A stretch of DNA of 59,623 bases, filler included, from Porpidia crustulata (GCA_964255105.1; 11 parts of 11 records of this genome joined end to end with filler, not necessarily neighbours in it), one strand, 5' to 3'. Counted from the whole stretch's first letter, positions 1 to 13,146 are shown. Notes: generated from the sequence alone by a model not told the origin. Numbers and translations: made by a program.

Positions 1-1025
1 GTTTGGGGGAGATGTTGAGGGAGGGAGGAAGAAGGAGGAGGGGGCTTGATTGTAATTGGATGGGTCTTGAGTAGATTTGCTAGAATACTCTACTCAAATT
101 GGAAGATGTGAAGGGTGCTAGTAGAGCTCTTGATCGAGGAGAAAACCAAAGCTATTAAGACTGCCCAATTTGAATGAAACACCTCAATGTCTTGATAAGT
201 AGCCATCCAAAGCTCCGTACGTACCATTCAAATTGTGATTACTCGGTTTCGTCGCCATACTGTCCCTAGATCTGATCGATACCAACGCAGCGATTGCAAC
301 AGCGATGACGGAGAACAGAAAGAGCTTGAGTGTCCAGACGGTGTTGGGCATGTACGAGGGAGCGAAGAAATGCTATCAAGGTGAATAGGTAGTCAAGGCA
401 GATGAACAATGTGTACTTGCAGCTTCAGTGGTAGGCACTCTTGTGTACCTAAGGTATCGATGTAGTAATATGTACTAATGTAATAATGACCTCATTCGAC
501 ATCGGAGTTTGCGAGATGACGTCGGACATAAGCAGGACCCCTGCGTCACCCTAGCTCATCAGGTGACTAGCCAGGAACGGGAGTCTCGCCTAGGGTCGGC
601 AGTTACCGTACTCACGGCCCGGGAAATCATCCGTCACTCACCAAGTACCTACCTATCTTGTATTGAATTACTGCTGTTCCGAGAGGGAGGTGGGAAGCAT
701 AGGAAATATGGGATTGGACAAAAGATTCATCTATGCAATTGAGTAATGATACTGATTTGCGACAAGCAGGTAGTATTCTGGAACTGTTCCCCATCAAAAA
801 TACCCCTTTCCCTCCACCGAATAATCCAAAGAGACCGTAGTAGGCCAACCACCAGTGTACACCTCATCTCATCTTTGATCCGCAGACGGCAGGACCCTCC
901 ACCTATCCCATGACAGCTTGCCGTGTGTCCGATGCGTAACGCCTAGCTAGGCCAATGAAAGACTGCCCAAATCCAGTGAACGTCTGTTGGTGCGATCATC
1001 AACTTTTCGTTCGTCTCCTCAGCTC

Positions 1026-3376
1026 TCATTTAATTTTCATAAGCTCATCCTTCATAATTACAAGCCGTTCGTGCATCTTCATCACCGCTTCCACCCGTTC
1101 CTTGGGCGCATCCGCCCACGCAGACACTTCGCGGTATTGGTTCTCGTACGTTGCGTAAAATTTCTTGAATCGTTCTGCTGTTTCCACAAGTCTGCTGTGG
1201 CCTGGCGGGGAGATACTGCTGTTATTACTGTCGGATGTTGGAGGTGACATAGGCGATGGTTTGGGGCGCTTCGTCGAGGTCGTGTACCCGTTCGTAAGGC
1301 CATTGGTATGCCCATTCGTGGACGGAATATTGTGTTGGTGAATTCCCGAGTCGACGTCGTCGTGCTTCCGTTTCATAGATCCTTCCGACGTATTCTGGGG
1401 CGTCCTTTGACTTGACTGGATGGTGCTGGCCCGAGGGTTCGGCGTGCCAATACGATTGCGAGCGTGCGAAATCAAAGGTGTGGATGAAGCGGAAGATGCT
1501 TGCATAGAGCCACTTCCGTTGTCAAAATCCGAGGCATTGGTAGGTGGCGAAGACCCGAGAGGTGATGGCTTATGGGGTGAACTAGTGTTCCTCTGTCTGG
1601 AATGTGACTTGGACATTGGGGCCGAGCTTAGACTGCTATCAGAAAGACGATGCTTTGATCCAGAGCTAGAAGAGCTGGATGGGAGCGGCTTCTTCTCAGG
1701 GACCTTGGCCGAGGGCGCAACGGTCTTCTTTTGAATTTTGATATCCTTCAACTCCATAGGTTTTGACCGATCGGGAACACCGGCCTTGCGAGAGATTGGC
1801 TTGGGTAGTGGCTTCGTAGGCTGGGCATCCACCTTGGCGGTTGGTTTCGGTAGTGATGGGGCGACGTCTTCCATTACCTCGTCCTCATCAGACTCGTGGA
1901 CAAATTCTGTCGATTTGATGGTACTACTATTACCAACTCCAGTTTTCTTACTTGGTTTCTTCACTTCAGGAACGACCTCTTTGGTATCCTTGGGCTTTGG
2001 CCTCGGCGCAGGGGTAGGTCTCTTTGGCTTGGTCGATAATAGCCGTCTCGACTGCGCTTCCTTCTCACTAATCTTCTTTTTCTTGACCTGATCTCGAGAC
2101 TGAGAACGGGCCATAGGCTCGGCGTCACTAGGTGCAAGTCGATCTTTCTTACCATCGCTATCATTTCCAGTTGTGTGCTCTCCATTACCCGCATCATCGG
2201 TTGATTGAACATTGATCTTTGGCGTTATGCTCCTTTGGATTGGACCTTGGTGTAAATTAAGGTTCGAAAGAATCTTACCTTTACCTCGCTCATCCTTTGT
2301 CAATAGCATCTGCCAAAGCTTGTCCTCGCGAGATAGGCGCATTCGGTCGAAAGCAGAAATGGCCTTATCGATAGCCAATTGCCTGTCATCCTGACAAGGA
2401 TAATTAAATTTCCAGACGTCCAACTCTTTGAAGCTTCGATCGGACAGGTCCCACTTTGATGTGTCCAAGCGAGCCGGTTTCCCAACCTTTTCCAAGACTT
2501 CTCGACATTCTTCTTGGCTGCACGCTATTTTCTGGGCAAGAAACTTCTCGGATACTGGCCGCACTGCGAGGAGATGGATAAGGGGTGTTCGTAAGGCCTG
2601 TAGCTTCCGAGTCCTCTCATTATGGATGGAAGGGGTGGAGGTGGGGGCCGCTGCACCGGCAAGGGGTGAGCGAGCAGCCCCTAGTCCAGGACTTGTGGGC
2701 ATTGAGCGAGTGGTTCCGTTGTTCAGAAGCGTATGTTTCTTGATCTGTGCTGACAATGATTTTGCCGGCCCCCTTTGTTGGATTGGAGGCGGCAGTGATT
2801 TATCATCTGGCACAAATCTGATTCTAAGGGTGAATGTTTAGCAAATGTTATTCACCTATGAAGTGAAAACTTGTCCCTACTTACTGTTTGGACTGTTTGG
2901 ATTGCTGATGGGAAGCCATTTGACTTTGGAGCATCGCAAGGGCTGCATCAGTGCCGGCAAGGTCGACGTTGGCTTTCTGCATAGCCAGATTATGACTTAG
3001 CACTCCAGTAAAAGCGAGTTCATCCTTTGTCGATGCAGAATAGCTGTAAAGCTCAGTATGCGTAGGCTGGGGTGTTGCAAGCAACTGGTGGGACTTGTTG
3101 CCGACGTGTAGGGTCTGCATTACAGATGCTGTTAGCTATTGTATGAAAGGCTACTAGGGATCCTTCTTCATAACGCACTACTGTCTTGCCGAACGACACA
3201 TGAACCCCCTTCCCACCGTTACGAGAGGCTTTTAGGATGTCGTCGAGTGCTCCATTCATCAATTCCAACCGCATAGCCTGCGGTGGCTTTGTTCCGACCG
3301 AGAGTCCATTTGCCTGGTCAAAGCTGGGAGTCCCAGTCAGGACCACCCCACCCTCTGCTATGGAAAGCTGACCCAT
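1026..3376 (-). CDS. RNA polymerase II elongation factor ELL-like protein (3 exons: 3376-3179, 3114-2885, 2823-1026)
   Basis: Three ORF pieces join in frame through GT..AG introns (GTGCGT..ATGCAG; GTAAGT..CTTAG). Contains LRTPLIHLLAVRP...FKELDVWKFNYP...AISAFDRMRL (ELL-like core), a long S/P/K low-complexity linker, and a C-terminal occludin/ELL-like helical segment (RFKKFYATYENQYRE...MHERL). Family call is from recalled motifs. Confidence 0.7.
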
Positions 3377-5346
3377 TGTGGGAGCTTGCGGTGGCGGACG
3401 GTGTGGTCAAATATTGTATGGTGGACAACGCGGAGTGCCGTCCGGCGACCATTCGTGGGGTTCTGCTATGGCATTTTATATCTGAGAACAAGTACTATGC
3501 AGCAAACAGCTCGACAACAAGTTGGACGGAAGCTGCAGCGGAGAGCAAGCGATGATTAATCTACATGAAGTATGAAGTAGAGTCCAATGTGGTGGAGGTG
3601 CAAGGTCAAGTTGGTCAGCTCAGGAAGAAAGACATTGGGAAGCGGGCAGACTGGCATGGGACTAGGACCCCCCAGTGCCCCCGTCATGTAACCTTGTCAC
3701 GCTGTCACGCTATTTTACGATAGTTCGTTTCCATAACTTACAACAAGCGAGCTTCACCTGCAATTAGTAGGCAACTAGCATTTTACCACTTTACTACTGT
3801 ATCATCCAACCAAAGAGAATTTATATTTCCCTATGCTTGCCACGAAACCGGAGTGTGCGGAGCAAGAGCATCTTTGTCCATTTGAAATTGAGTGGGTGCG
3901 GATGAACACTGGGCGCGCAGACCTCCGATCCCTTTCCCTGCCCGGCCAAGTTTACATTCGTCGCCCAAACATCGTTAGTATTTGTCCAGAATTATACCCT
4001 CCAGGTGCTCAGCATGCCTGCATCTCGATTGGTGGCCTGGGCAGCGAGATCTGTAACTAGGATTGGGCCGTTGGGTTAGTATGGCTCACAAGGATGTTCA
4101 TACGCCCTACTGATTGGACCCCATGCAAACATAGCTCCTGGCTTTGTCAGCCTCGTGTTCCTCTTTTCGTCCAGCTATCTTCCACCTAATATATTGCTTG
4201 CTATGGTCCGACCATTCAATGCCGAGACGTTCCACTAAGCGATAGAGACTTCGCACTGACTGTGATGGCAATTCGGACTCGGAAGAACATACTTGTTCGA
4301 GGACCCAAGACAGAGGTGGCAGAGTTCCAGGCTAGTCTCCTTGTCTCGGGTAAACTGAGTCAGCGCAACATTTAGACTACACGGCGAGCATTCGAGCGTG
4401 TTGAATCCGTACCCCATATCCAACTACGCCAGCCACTTCCGCTCCACTTGAACATCGTTTTCGTCTTTGTCAATTATCTTGGAGAGATATGATCGATGCG
4501 TGCTTCGATTGTAACACTAAAAGATATGATATTCTAATCTAGTTGTGTATCGCTATCTGCTGATTTGTATAATATTGCCTGTTGTGGGGCAGATCAGAAT
4601 ATCAGGGTCAACATCAGTTGTTCATAACTAAAAGTCAAACATTCCGGAAGACCTCATAATCCAGCTTTTGAACTCATAACAGGCGGCGATGACGCTCGGG
4701 GCAAGCGGAGAAATCAAATGGACCCCAAGCTTGGACTGAACAGTGAACACAGATGCAACGGAAACGTGCTCTGTTTTGTACCTGCGTCCTGCCAGTTTCC
4801 GAGGAGCGGCTGTGGTCTGCCTGCCCTCTTACCCTTTCCAACGCCAGGCCAGGATCTTGAAACCAACATCGGATCTTACCGTCAGCATTTGAAACCCCAC
4901 CTATCAAAGCCCTCAACTGCTACAGTCTGGCCCTCCAGCTGTGGATAATTTAAATCCCCGATGTGCCCTTTCCCCTTCAACTGCCGCGCCGAACATTTTC
5001 TCGTGTCACCCGAGCTTCCGCCCAAAGCGGACATCCGAATCGTCTCGAGGATACGATAGATAGGTACACTAGGTCCGTGTCAGATGCTGGCTATTGTTCC
5101 CATTACATTTCCTTGAAAGATGGCTGGATATAGTGACGCAATGGGGAATTATATCCCATGGTTGAACTTGTACGACAATGGTAGAATAAACTAAAATCCG
5201 TATTCGCCGTCTAAGTTTTGGATATCGGAACAGTGAAGAGTATAATACAATAAATTACTTTACTCTAGTTCGATACCCAGAAAACTTGCCTTGCTGAAAA
5301 GATATCATGCCATAATCTCGACCCAAGAAAGAAATACAGCATAGAC

Positions 5347-5446
5347 NNNNNNNNNNNNNNNNNNNNNNNNNNNNNNNNNNNNNNNNNNNNTTAATTAATT
5401 AANNNNNNNNNNNNNNNNNNNNNNNNNNNNNNNNNNNNNNNNNNNN
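5347..5446. other. Artificial contig spacer N44-TTAATTAATTAA-N44
   Basis: Seen directly; the palindromic 12-mer puts TAA in all six frames. Confidence 0.99.
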
Positions 5447-5910
5447 GTGCTGGAGGTGAGGGAGTCGGTAGTGGAGCGCTGGATGTTTGTGCGAAGGGTG
5501 GAGAGGAAGGCTGGGAAAGCATTCATGTTAGTATATGATCCCAATGCTTCAAGCAGAATTTGCATGTGAAACGACCGCCAGCCGGAATAAACGGACGTGA
5601 GCATGTCCAACTTACTCGCACCGTATCTGTAGCCCGGGATACTGTCGCCGATTCTCCCAAAATCCCAGTCAAAGACCTCAAGATCCGAAGGAGGAAGGAA
5701 TTTGCGTGCGACGGCCATCTTTCCGAGGATTCGTATTTTTCTCTCTCTCGTCACCGGTACCAGGCCCAAGCTCTTGCACAGCGCATGGCGGCGTGCTAGA
5801 GCTTTAAATATATCGGGCACGTTCCTCGAAGACTGGCCAGGAAGCTCTTATCGGCCAGCCCTACCATGCTAGTGATAAGGGAAGGGTCTTGGCGGATGAC
5901 TGGCGGAATG
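5447..5910 (-). pseudogene. Possible degenerate or hypothetical ORF fragment running off the contig end
   Basis: Open frame from 5820 to the contig edge without an ATG. The upstream frame reads ...DKSFLASLRGTC, which is faintly F-box-like, and needs a frameshift to join. No recognisable family. Confidence 0.2.
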
Positions 5911-6346
5911 TCACCAGCGGGTTCCGAGAGTGGAGGTGTATGAGTGGCATCGTGGATGCTATGTACGGACAGTAATATGAGGGATCATGAGCCACATTCA
6001 ATGTGTAGGTATGAAGCTGGGTGGAGGTGTAGTACTGGAGTAATTGGATTCTCTTCTAGGGGGAGGAGCCACTTATCCCACCGAGGACGAAATTGCGATG
6101 ATGACTTTACTACCCTGAATTCGGAATTCCGGATAGACTTCAATGCCCTCACGAATGATTGTAAAGCATACAGGTGGATTACTCTACCGTTGAACAAGCA
6201 ATAATGGTAACCGAAATTCATTTCCTTGGAAGTGAGTCTTTCTTTTCTTGCTGTTTGTCTTGTCGTATTTTCAACAAGAGCATTGTCTTCGTCTTTCCAT
6301 TTCAGACAGTCTCTCGAGCCTCAGCTTCTAGTGAAAACCCGTCGTT

Positions 6347-8198
6347 ATGCCAGTTGAATCGACAAGGAAGAAATCCTGCGCTGCATGCAGACTGGCCAAA
6401 ACTCGCTGCAACTTGGCAAACCCGAAGTGTTCACGATGTGAGGTGAGAAAAATACCCTGTGCGTACGAAAGAATTATACGCCCTCATTCTGGATCCCATC
6501 CAGATATATACAATCAAACAGCAGCATCAGACTATTCTACAAGCACTCAGACGAGATCAAAATATCCTCTCGGATCACCTCTGCTATCTGCCTCAGTAGC
6601 CGCGAAAGCACTGGCTGAACAGTCAGATAATCGTGGTCAAGACGTGGTGTCAGACGATCCTCAGCGTTTCGATATAGATAGTCCCCCGAATCGATACCTC
6701 GAAACTAATTTGGATAGTGACATCGATTTGGACTGGAACTTCGAGCCTCGTGCTTGGGGTGCAGAGCGGCTTGTAGCTGATAATGATCAATCTACTGCTT
6801 TGTTCGTGGACCTGGACCCAATCCTGGATATTTCAACAGGTGCAGAAGACCCCAGTATAATACGTTCACCTTCACGACGGTTGCAAAACGCATCGAGCAT
6901 GGATTCTCGGAACATAGATTTCCAGCGTTTAGGTCAAAGAAATTCGCCTCCACCACTTCCCCCATCAACCCAGTGGCACCATCTTCCATCTGCATCCTGT
7001 GCTCTAGTCCAAAATCCATCAGGTCCGCTGACAAACTCATCAGCCCAATGCACTCCTAAACTACTTCTCCCACGAAGATTTCCGACGATGTCTACCTCCT
7101 TTACAGCCAAGTATCTTATGGCCGTGCTTGACTCGTCTTCCAAGCTCATAGCAAACAAAACGGTTCGCCCACCATACATTCATTCGCTCAATCCGAAAAG
7201 CGATGACGATGACTGCATTTGTGATGTAGATAATTGCGGTCCTCCAAAGTCGCTGGCAATCTGTTCAAGCATCGTCCAGATGTATCTTACCAGGACCCGC
7301 GAAAGTCATGTGTTTGTGTGGAGGACTATTGAGTTGGAACAGCAGCGATTGTACAGTGAGGTTCGTATTGTTGAATATCGATTTGTACGAGAAATTGTTC
7401 GATTTATTCCGTGCCTCTAGTTCAAAGAATACAGCAAGTGTGATCTACTATTCGCTCTTCAGGCCACAGTAATATACATCATATTACGCATCAACGAGAC
7501 TGAGGCTCCCCAAATATCTATAGATGTACCTTTGACTGTGACAATGGGGGTAGGTTATGGGTTTCTATCTGCGTTTTGCGAGTCCTCGGGAAAATTATCT
7601 GCTCAGGCTTTGTAACCCATCGTTATCAAATTGAATAATCTGGTGACATCAGGACATGGAAGATTCATTGACATTTTACCAATACATCTAGGAGACTGCC
7701 GATAGGCTTTACAGCAGCGGTGACTATCTTTGCGAGAAGGAAAAGCAAGGGAAGGTGCCCACTTGGCGGGACTGGATCTTCATGGAGTCTAAGCGCAGGT
7801 CTGGATCATGTTCTCCAAACACATTATCAATCTTGTCCCAAACTAATTAGTATCCTTTTTTCCACAGAATTTTTACTATTTTATTCATGCTAGACATGCT
7901 CTACTATGTGAGCATCGGGCAGCAGCCCGCTAATTGCAGCGGTCAGAACAGCGTTCCATTACCTTGCAGCAAAGAGCTCTTTGAGGCGAAATCTGCGTTA
8001 GCCTGGAGAGCAAAGTACGGCGCCTATGTTGATAACAAAAAGGGAAACGGTCCGATTACTTATGGTGACCTCAAGCGATTAAGACAATCGCAATCTGTGG
8101 AAGTGGACAATTCGCCACTTAAGCAGGACCTTGCTGAATGGTGCAAAGATCTCGACGAACTTGGTATGTTGGTCTTTAATGCAGCCTTGATGCCCTAG
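6347..8198 (+). CDS. Zn(II)2Cys6 transcription factor (exons 6347-7360, 7421-7549, 7692-7798, 7868-8198)
   Basis: N-terminal CAACRLAKTRCNLANPKCSRCEVRKIPC binuclear cluster. In-frame splicing gives the LLFALQATVIYIILR and PTWRDWIFMESKRR motifs typical of fungal C6 factors. Confidence 0.92.
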
Positions 8199-8205
8199 GC
8201 TTGTC

Positions 8206-8234
8206 CGGAGAACTTTCGGAGTTCATTGCCGGAA
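8206..8234 (+). promoter_or_regulatory. Cluster of three CGGA half-sites, candidate Zn2Cys6 binding element
   Basis: CGGAG at 8206 and 8217, CCGGAA at 8229-8234, in the 195-bp gap upstream of the Gal80-like gene; TATA-like CTATTAAA at about 8279. Confidence 0.3.
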
Positions 8235-8393
8235 TTCCTTACTTATGCCACTGCCGATGCCTCGTAGTATCTCAAAATCTATTAAACTCTTACCTTCCAC
8301 CGAGACTATCGGTTTTTGTTATTTCTCAATCTCAGGACCAAGCTTTTGATTTTTAATTTCGATATCGGCAGGGTCGTACAAGGTAATTCCATC

Positions 8394-9611
8394 ATGCCTC
8401 CCATCCGCGTCGGCCTAATTGGCTTATCCACTTCAACCGTTCCAACACAACCCGGTATGTGGGCAAGCAGTGCACATCTCCCTTCAATCGTAGCATCCCC
8501 ATACTATGAGCTTGTCGCTCTGTGCAATTCGACTGTTCGTTCCGCAGAAGCTTCCATCGCCTTTCACAACCTTGGACCCAGTGTCAAGGCCTATGGAAGC
8601 CCTGAAGACTTGGCTCAAGACCCCAACGTTGACCTCGTTGTCGTCTCCGTCGAGGTCGGCAAGCACTACATGCTCACAAAGCCCGCACTCCTAGCTGGGA
8701 AAGATGTCTTTGTCGAATGGCCACTAGGCACTACTATTGCCGAGGCCGAATATCTTAATGGACTTGCCAAGGACAAAGGGGTCAAGACGATGCTAGGCTT
8801 ACAAGCTCGCGCTGACCCCATCGTTGCTGCAATCAGGGAAGTAATTGATAGCGGTCGCATTGGTCAGGTGATGAGCACGACCGTCGTCGGGGCCTTTACT
8901 GGAATACCAGTCGACAAATTTCCTGCCGACGCAGCTTACTACATGGATATCAACAGCGGTGGTAATGTTTTGACCATTCAACTTGGGCACTGTGAGCTTC
9001 CCTCTATACTCCTAAACAAGCGCTTTATTTTTCATTCATGAGAAATCGATGTTAATAGATGCACTGACCCAGTCATTGACACCCTCGCTCTTCTCCTTGG
9101 TGAACCCGTTACCCTTCATTCCATCGTCGCTACCCAGTATCCCACCATTGCTCTTTTCGATCGCGCCAATAACGTCGTTGAGCCGAACCATCCCAAGTCT
9201 GCACCCGATCACGTCATCCTTAATGGTACTCTGGCCTCACTTGCAATCTTCAACATAACCTTCCGATCCGCCCCGCATGGTTCTATCGACGGCAAGGGCC
9301 TGCACTGGCTCATCACTGGGACCGACGGGGAAATGGAAATCGTAATGCCAGAAATGCAGTGGCAGCTTGGACCTCATGGCACCACCGTCAGGGTTCGGTC
9401 GAAGAACGCGGCCGAAGCGGACGAGGTTTTTGCAGGCGGGGCGATTGTTGGAGGTGAGGAGGAATATGTGGGGAAGGTGCAATTCCCAGGGACGAACACG
9501 GCAAGATTGTACGAGGCATTTGCGAAGGGTAAGAAGGAGGAATATGCGGATTTTGAGGATGGACTGGTCAGGCATAAGATGCTCAATGCGATTATCAAGG
9601 GTGGGATGTGA
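8394..9611 (+). CDS. Gfo/Idh/MocA-fold oxidoreductase of the Gal80-like subfamily (exons 8394-8991, 9073-9611)
   Basis: Motifs PIRVGLIGLS (Rossmann start), VFVEWPL (EW as in Gal80, not the usual EKP), GLQAR, GHFIDTL and SAPDHV; one GTGAGC..CCAG intron. Confidence 0.88.
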
Positions 9612-10403
9612 CATTATTTGTCCTAGATGCTTGGGGAGTGCGAAATTCTAATATGGAGGCACTTCTCAGTCTGTACTTCCATTCGGATTAACAATGGATG
9701 AGACGAGAAGTCGTGGAGAAGCCGTAGAGAAGTCGATCATGGGTGATTTGCAAAGCGCAGTACTTGCTGAGATCTCGCAATGCGAAGCTCGGTGTACATA
9801 TTGTGCAGAATCTGCTTCGGACATTTTCTATGCCACATCAAAAGTTGTCCTTGTGTGCTTCATCTCTATTCGTAATGACATGGATTTTTCGTAAACCAGA
9901 TGCTCGGTTAGCGTACACCAGCCAGTTGTGAGGGTTCATCTTCTTTGCAACCCGCACTTCTTCGTCGGAATCCCTTACAACTGAGACTATGTAACTAGGT
10001 TGATCAAGCTTTGAGGAAAATATCACAAGTACCAAACTCAAATCTTTGTACTCGTGAGCGCAAGTGTTGGTGCTGTCAAGGTAGGGCCGAGATTTGAACA
10101 GAATTCCATTTCGGAAATCAAAAGTCTTGGATTATGATCTCTGTACCTACATGATCTTCTTCGAAAAGTCAAGCCTCTGTGATAGATTAGCCGTCAAGCT
10201 CGAGGAGTAAGTGATGGGTTGATATGTATCTCTGAGAAAATTCCTGCATTCTTGATGATTGACATTTCTATTACATATTGTCTTCGAGCTGCAGAGAATT
10301 GTTGTAGAAGTTTAAAAGGTTCAATCTGATGTCACTCTTTCATCGCGTCCTAGATATGGTAATCTGTCAACTTGAAATCTAAAAGCTGTTTGTGTAGACG
10401 CCC

Positions 10404-10791
10404 ATGGAAGACCGTCCAATGTATCATCCGCGCCTTGTAGGGTCCAACGGGGATGTCTACCAGAGGTCCTTCTCCGAAACCATCAGCAATGGGACGTCAT
10501 GCTCGACTGACGGTCCGATGCGAGAACCCACGCAGCATGTCTCCATAACGCCACAGGATCAAGTATCCACATACTCAAACTACTTCAAAAGTGCAGAATG
10601 GTACCCACCTCATTCTCCCATCCCTGTCTTGACTAATTCTCGTATAGGTCTTCCGATGGCACCACAATCCTAACTTCCAGCGCCGATAACACCCTCCGCT
10701 CCTTTATCCTGTGAACTTTCCTCCCCGCTTGTCCCATCTCGCTCTCGCTAACCCCCTCCCGCAAGCCAGACCACCCGACCTCCTCTCCACC
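10404..10791 (+). CDS. WD40 protein, TCAB1/WRAP53 (Swt21)-like; 5' part, cut by contig end
   Basis: Splicing 10404-10600, 10648-10710 and 10770 onward gives NYFKSAEWSSDGTTILTSSADNTLRSFILPPDLL, resembling the first WD repeat of TCAB1 (KW.PDG..ILTNSADN.LR...LP). Confidence 0.75.
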
Positions 10792-10891
10792 NNNNNNNNN
10801 NNNNNNNNNNNNNNNNNNNNNNNNNNNNNNNNNNNTTAATTAATTAANNNNNNNNNNNNNNNNNNNNNNNNNNNNNNNNNNNNNNNNNNNN
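10792..10891. other. Artificial contig spacer
   Basis: N44-TTAATTAATTAA-N44. Confidence 0.99.
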
Positions 10892-11731
10892 GTCCTTGAG
10901 CTCGTTGGCGTGGGCGCCGTCCCAGCGGTGGCCTTCGGTCAGGGAGCCTTTGGCGAGGCCTTTGAGTTGGTTGAGGACGATGAATTCGAGCTTGAGCTTG
11001 ATGGCGTAGATCATTGGTTTCATTGAGGCCTCGCCGATGTATTGGTTGGTGTATTCGAGGCAGATGAGGACAACGTCCATGCCGATGCAGATACAATTGA
11101 TGAGGATAAGCTGCGACATTACCTTTTTTGATAAATTATGGTACGTGGACCCCAGTAGCCTTGTGGTCGAGTACACGTAGATGGAGCTGATGATGAACTC
11201 TTGGACGCAAAAGGCCGCAAGCTGGACTCTTTCCACCGTATTGAATTTGTCGATCCACGGTTTTGGATCTGGAGAGTTGGCGCCAAAGAAAGTGATTATA
11301 GTTGGTATATGTAAAGCTGCTCCGTTGAATAAAATCATGAAGAGAACGAGGCGTAACGTCTTTGGGTTTCGAACGATGAGGTGTAACCGCGAATATAGCA
11401 CAAACGCCTGCCCCGTAACCATCGGTACCCATCCGAGATCAATAATCGTGCAGGCTAAAATCCAATTGACGCCAACTAGGAATTTGAGGATGAAGCCTAA
11501 TGCGTGCAGCACGATTCCCCAAGAGCTGAGCAACAGCGACCAAAAGTACAAGCCATTCCGCCTTTTGAAGGTCAAGAAGATAGTGACATTGATTTCGACG
11601 GCATATACCCAAGCAACAGCGGTGCCAGCGGCGAGTATACAATATTGCACAGGACTGTATGGGAGAGTACCAGCTGAGACTCCTCCGGCAGGAGCCACTC
11701 GCTTCTCGAACAGACCAGAGAGCGTCGACAT
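10892..11731 (-). CDS. Fungal multi-pass (about 7-TM) integral membrane protein; C-terminus cut by contig end
   Basis: Motifs TFKRRNGLYFWSLLLSSWG, MVTGQAFVLYSRLHL, QEFIISSIY and YAIKLKLEFIVLNQL, from a common fungal membrane-protein family. Likely start is MSTLSGL at 11731. Confidence 0.85.
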
Positions 11732-13114
11732 AGAGAAGATGATGAGATACGCAGTACAGGAGTGAAAACTGTGATCAGAATGGACCCAAGTCGGCAGAAA
11801 TCTAGGACAGAGGCATCGGACCATGTATATGGGGCCCGAGGACAACAAAAGTCAAGAACCATGCCGGCATCTAAAGCGGGAAAACGCCAACATGGAGGTA
11901 GCGCAGGGACGGGATGCAGAAAGGTTGGCATACAGACCCTGGCTGCCATGAGGTACAAGTACCGACCCTAGTAATTTCAATAGTAGAAAATATTGATGCA
12001 TCCTTTAAAAACAGGGACTCGATCCTACTGGACCCACGACGAGGCTTATCATGGCTCATTGGCCTGAGAGACGCAAGAAATGGGACTGCACTTGACAATA
12101 CGGAAGAAATCTTCCGTCAAGATTGGTGCGGGAGTCAAAGGACTAGCCGTCCTAAGGAAGGATCTAGCAAGTGAAAAGTAGAATGAAGGCGGCGTGTATG
12201 TTGAGCAAGCGAAAGAGAAGAGTATTCCGACCGAGCGTTGCGTCCATAATCCTCCCGAACATCAGCTAAATTGGCTCCCCATGAGTACTCCGTAAACGAC
12301 AATCCTCCCTATAGGTTTGGCGCAATCTAGGGCACATTACTGGCGCCGGCCCCGCATGATCGAGCGGCTTAGCTTTAGATTTAGCTGCTTTCATCAAGCA
12401 AAGCAGGGCACCCGTCAGGCCGGTTGCTTTCTAGCTACGAGATTTCCGGGCTTGCGAGGGCGCCGTTCCTGTCATCAACGCAATTTGTATCTTGATTATG
12501 CCCTGTAAGGTATGGTGGCATGTGCTTCTTTATTGATCTGGGGATTTAGTCCCACATCCGACCGCCGTCGAGTATGCTCATTGATGCGCTCTGACGTCGA
12601 GTCGTTGGAGTTTTGGAGCTTGCACCTTCTTGCTCTTGAGAGGGCCAAGACGACTTTGTTCTTGACAGCTTGTAAGTTTCAAAAGGCGGATACGGAAGAG
12701 GCCTTATCGACCAAAGACTCATTGGATCCTACCAACTGCTCCCTTCCGCACCCTCATCAAATGTGGTACTCCCCTGATTGGATTCATTATTGGTCGTCCG
12801 TCGGGAATTTCTCTGATAGGCGTATATCCCGTACCATGGCCCTGCGGACGCGGGACAGGAATTAGGGCTGACATTTCATCCTATCAGGACAGGACGTTTC
12901 AACGAATTCTCCGAATATCCTCACCAATCAAAATATAATCTCGAAATTTTGTGCTTGCACTCTGACGATACAGGCAAGATGCGACTCAGATACTGCGATC
13001 ATTCTGGACATTCACTCTTGCGGTTGCAATGAACAATAGAATCACGTGCTGGAATGTCAGACACGAACTGATTGATTGATGTTGATGTTGTTCTTACGAG
13101 GGTGTCTTGGAGGT

Positions 13115-13146
13115 GGAAAAGGGAAAAGGGAAAAGGGAAAAGGAAA
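13115..13146 (+). repeat. (GGGAAAA)n microsatellite, about 4.5 units
   Basis: ggaaaa gggaaaa gggaaaa gggaaaa ggaaa seen directly. Confidence 0.9.

Noticed and set aside
3400..5346. Several 60-80 aa ORFs upstream of the ELL-like gene
   Set aside because: No recognisable motif or consistent splice model.
5391..5402. TTAATTAATTAA recurring every ~5.4 kb as a possible repeat array or piggyBac-like TTAA site
   Set aside because: Always embedded in N44 flanks; an artificial six-frame stop linker.
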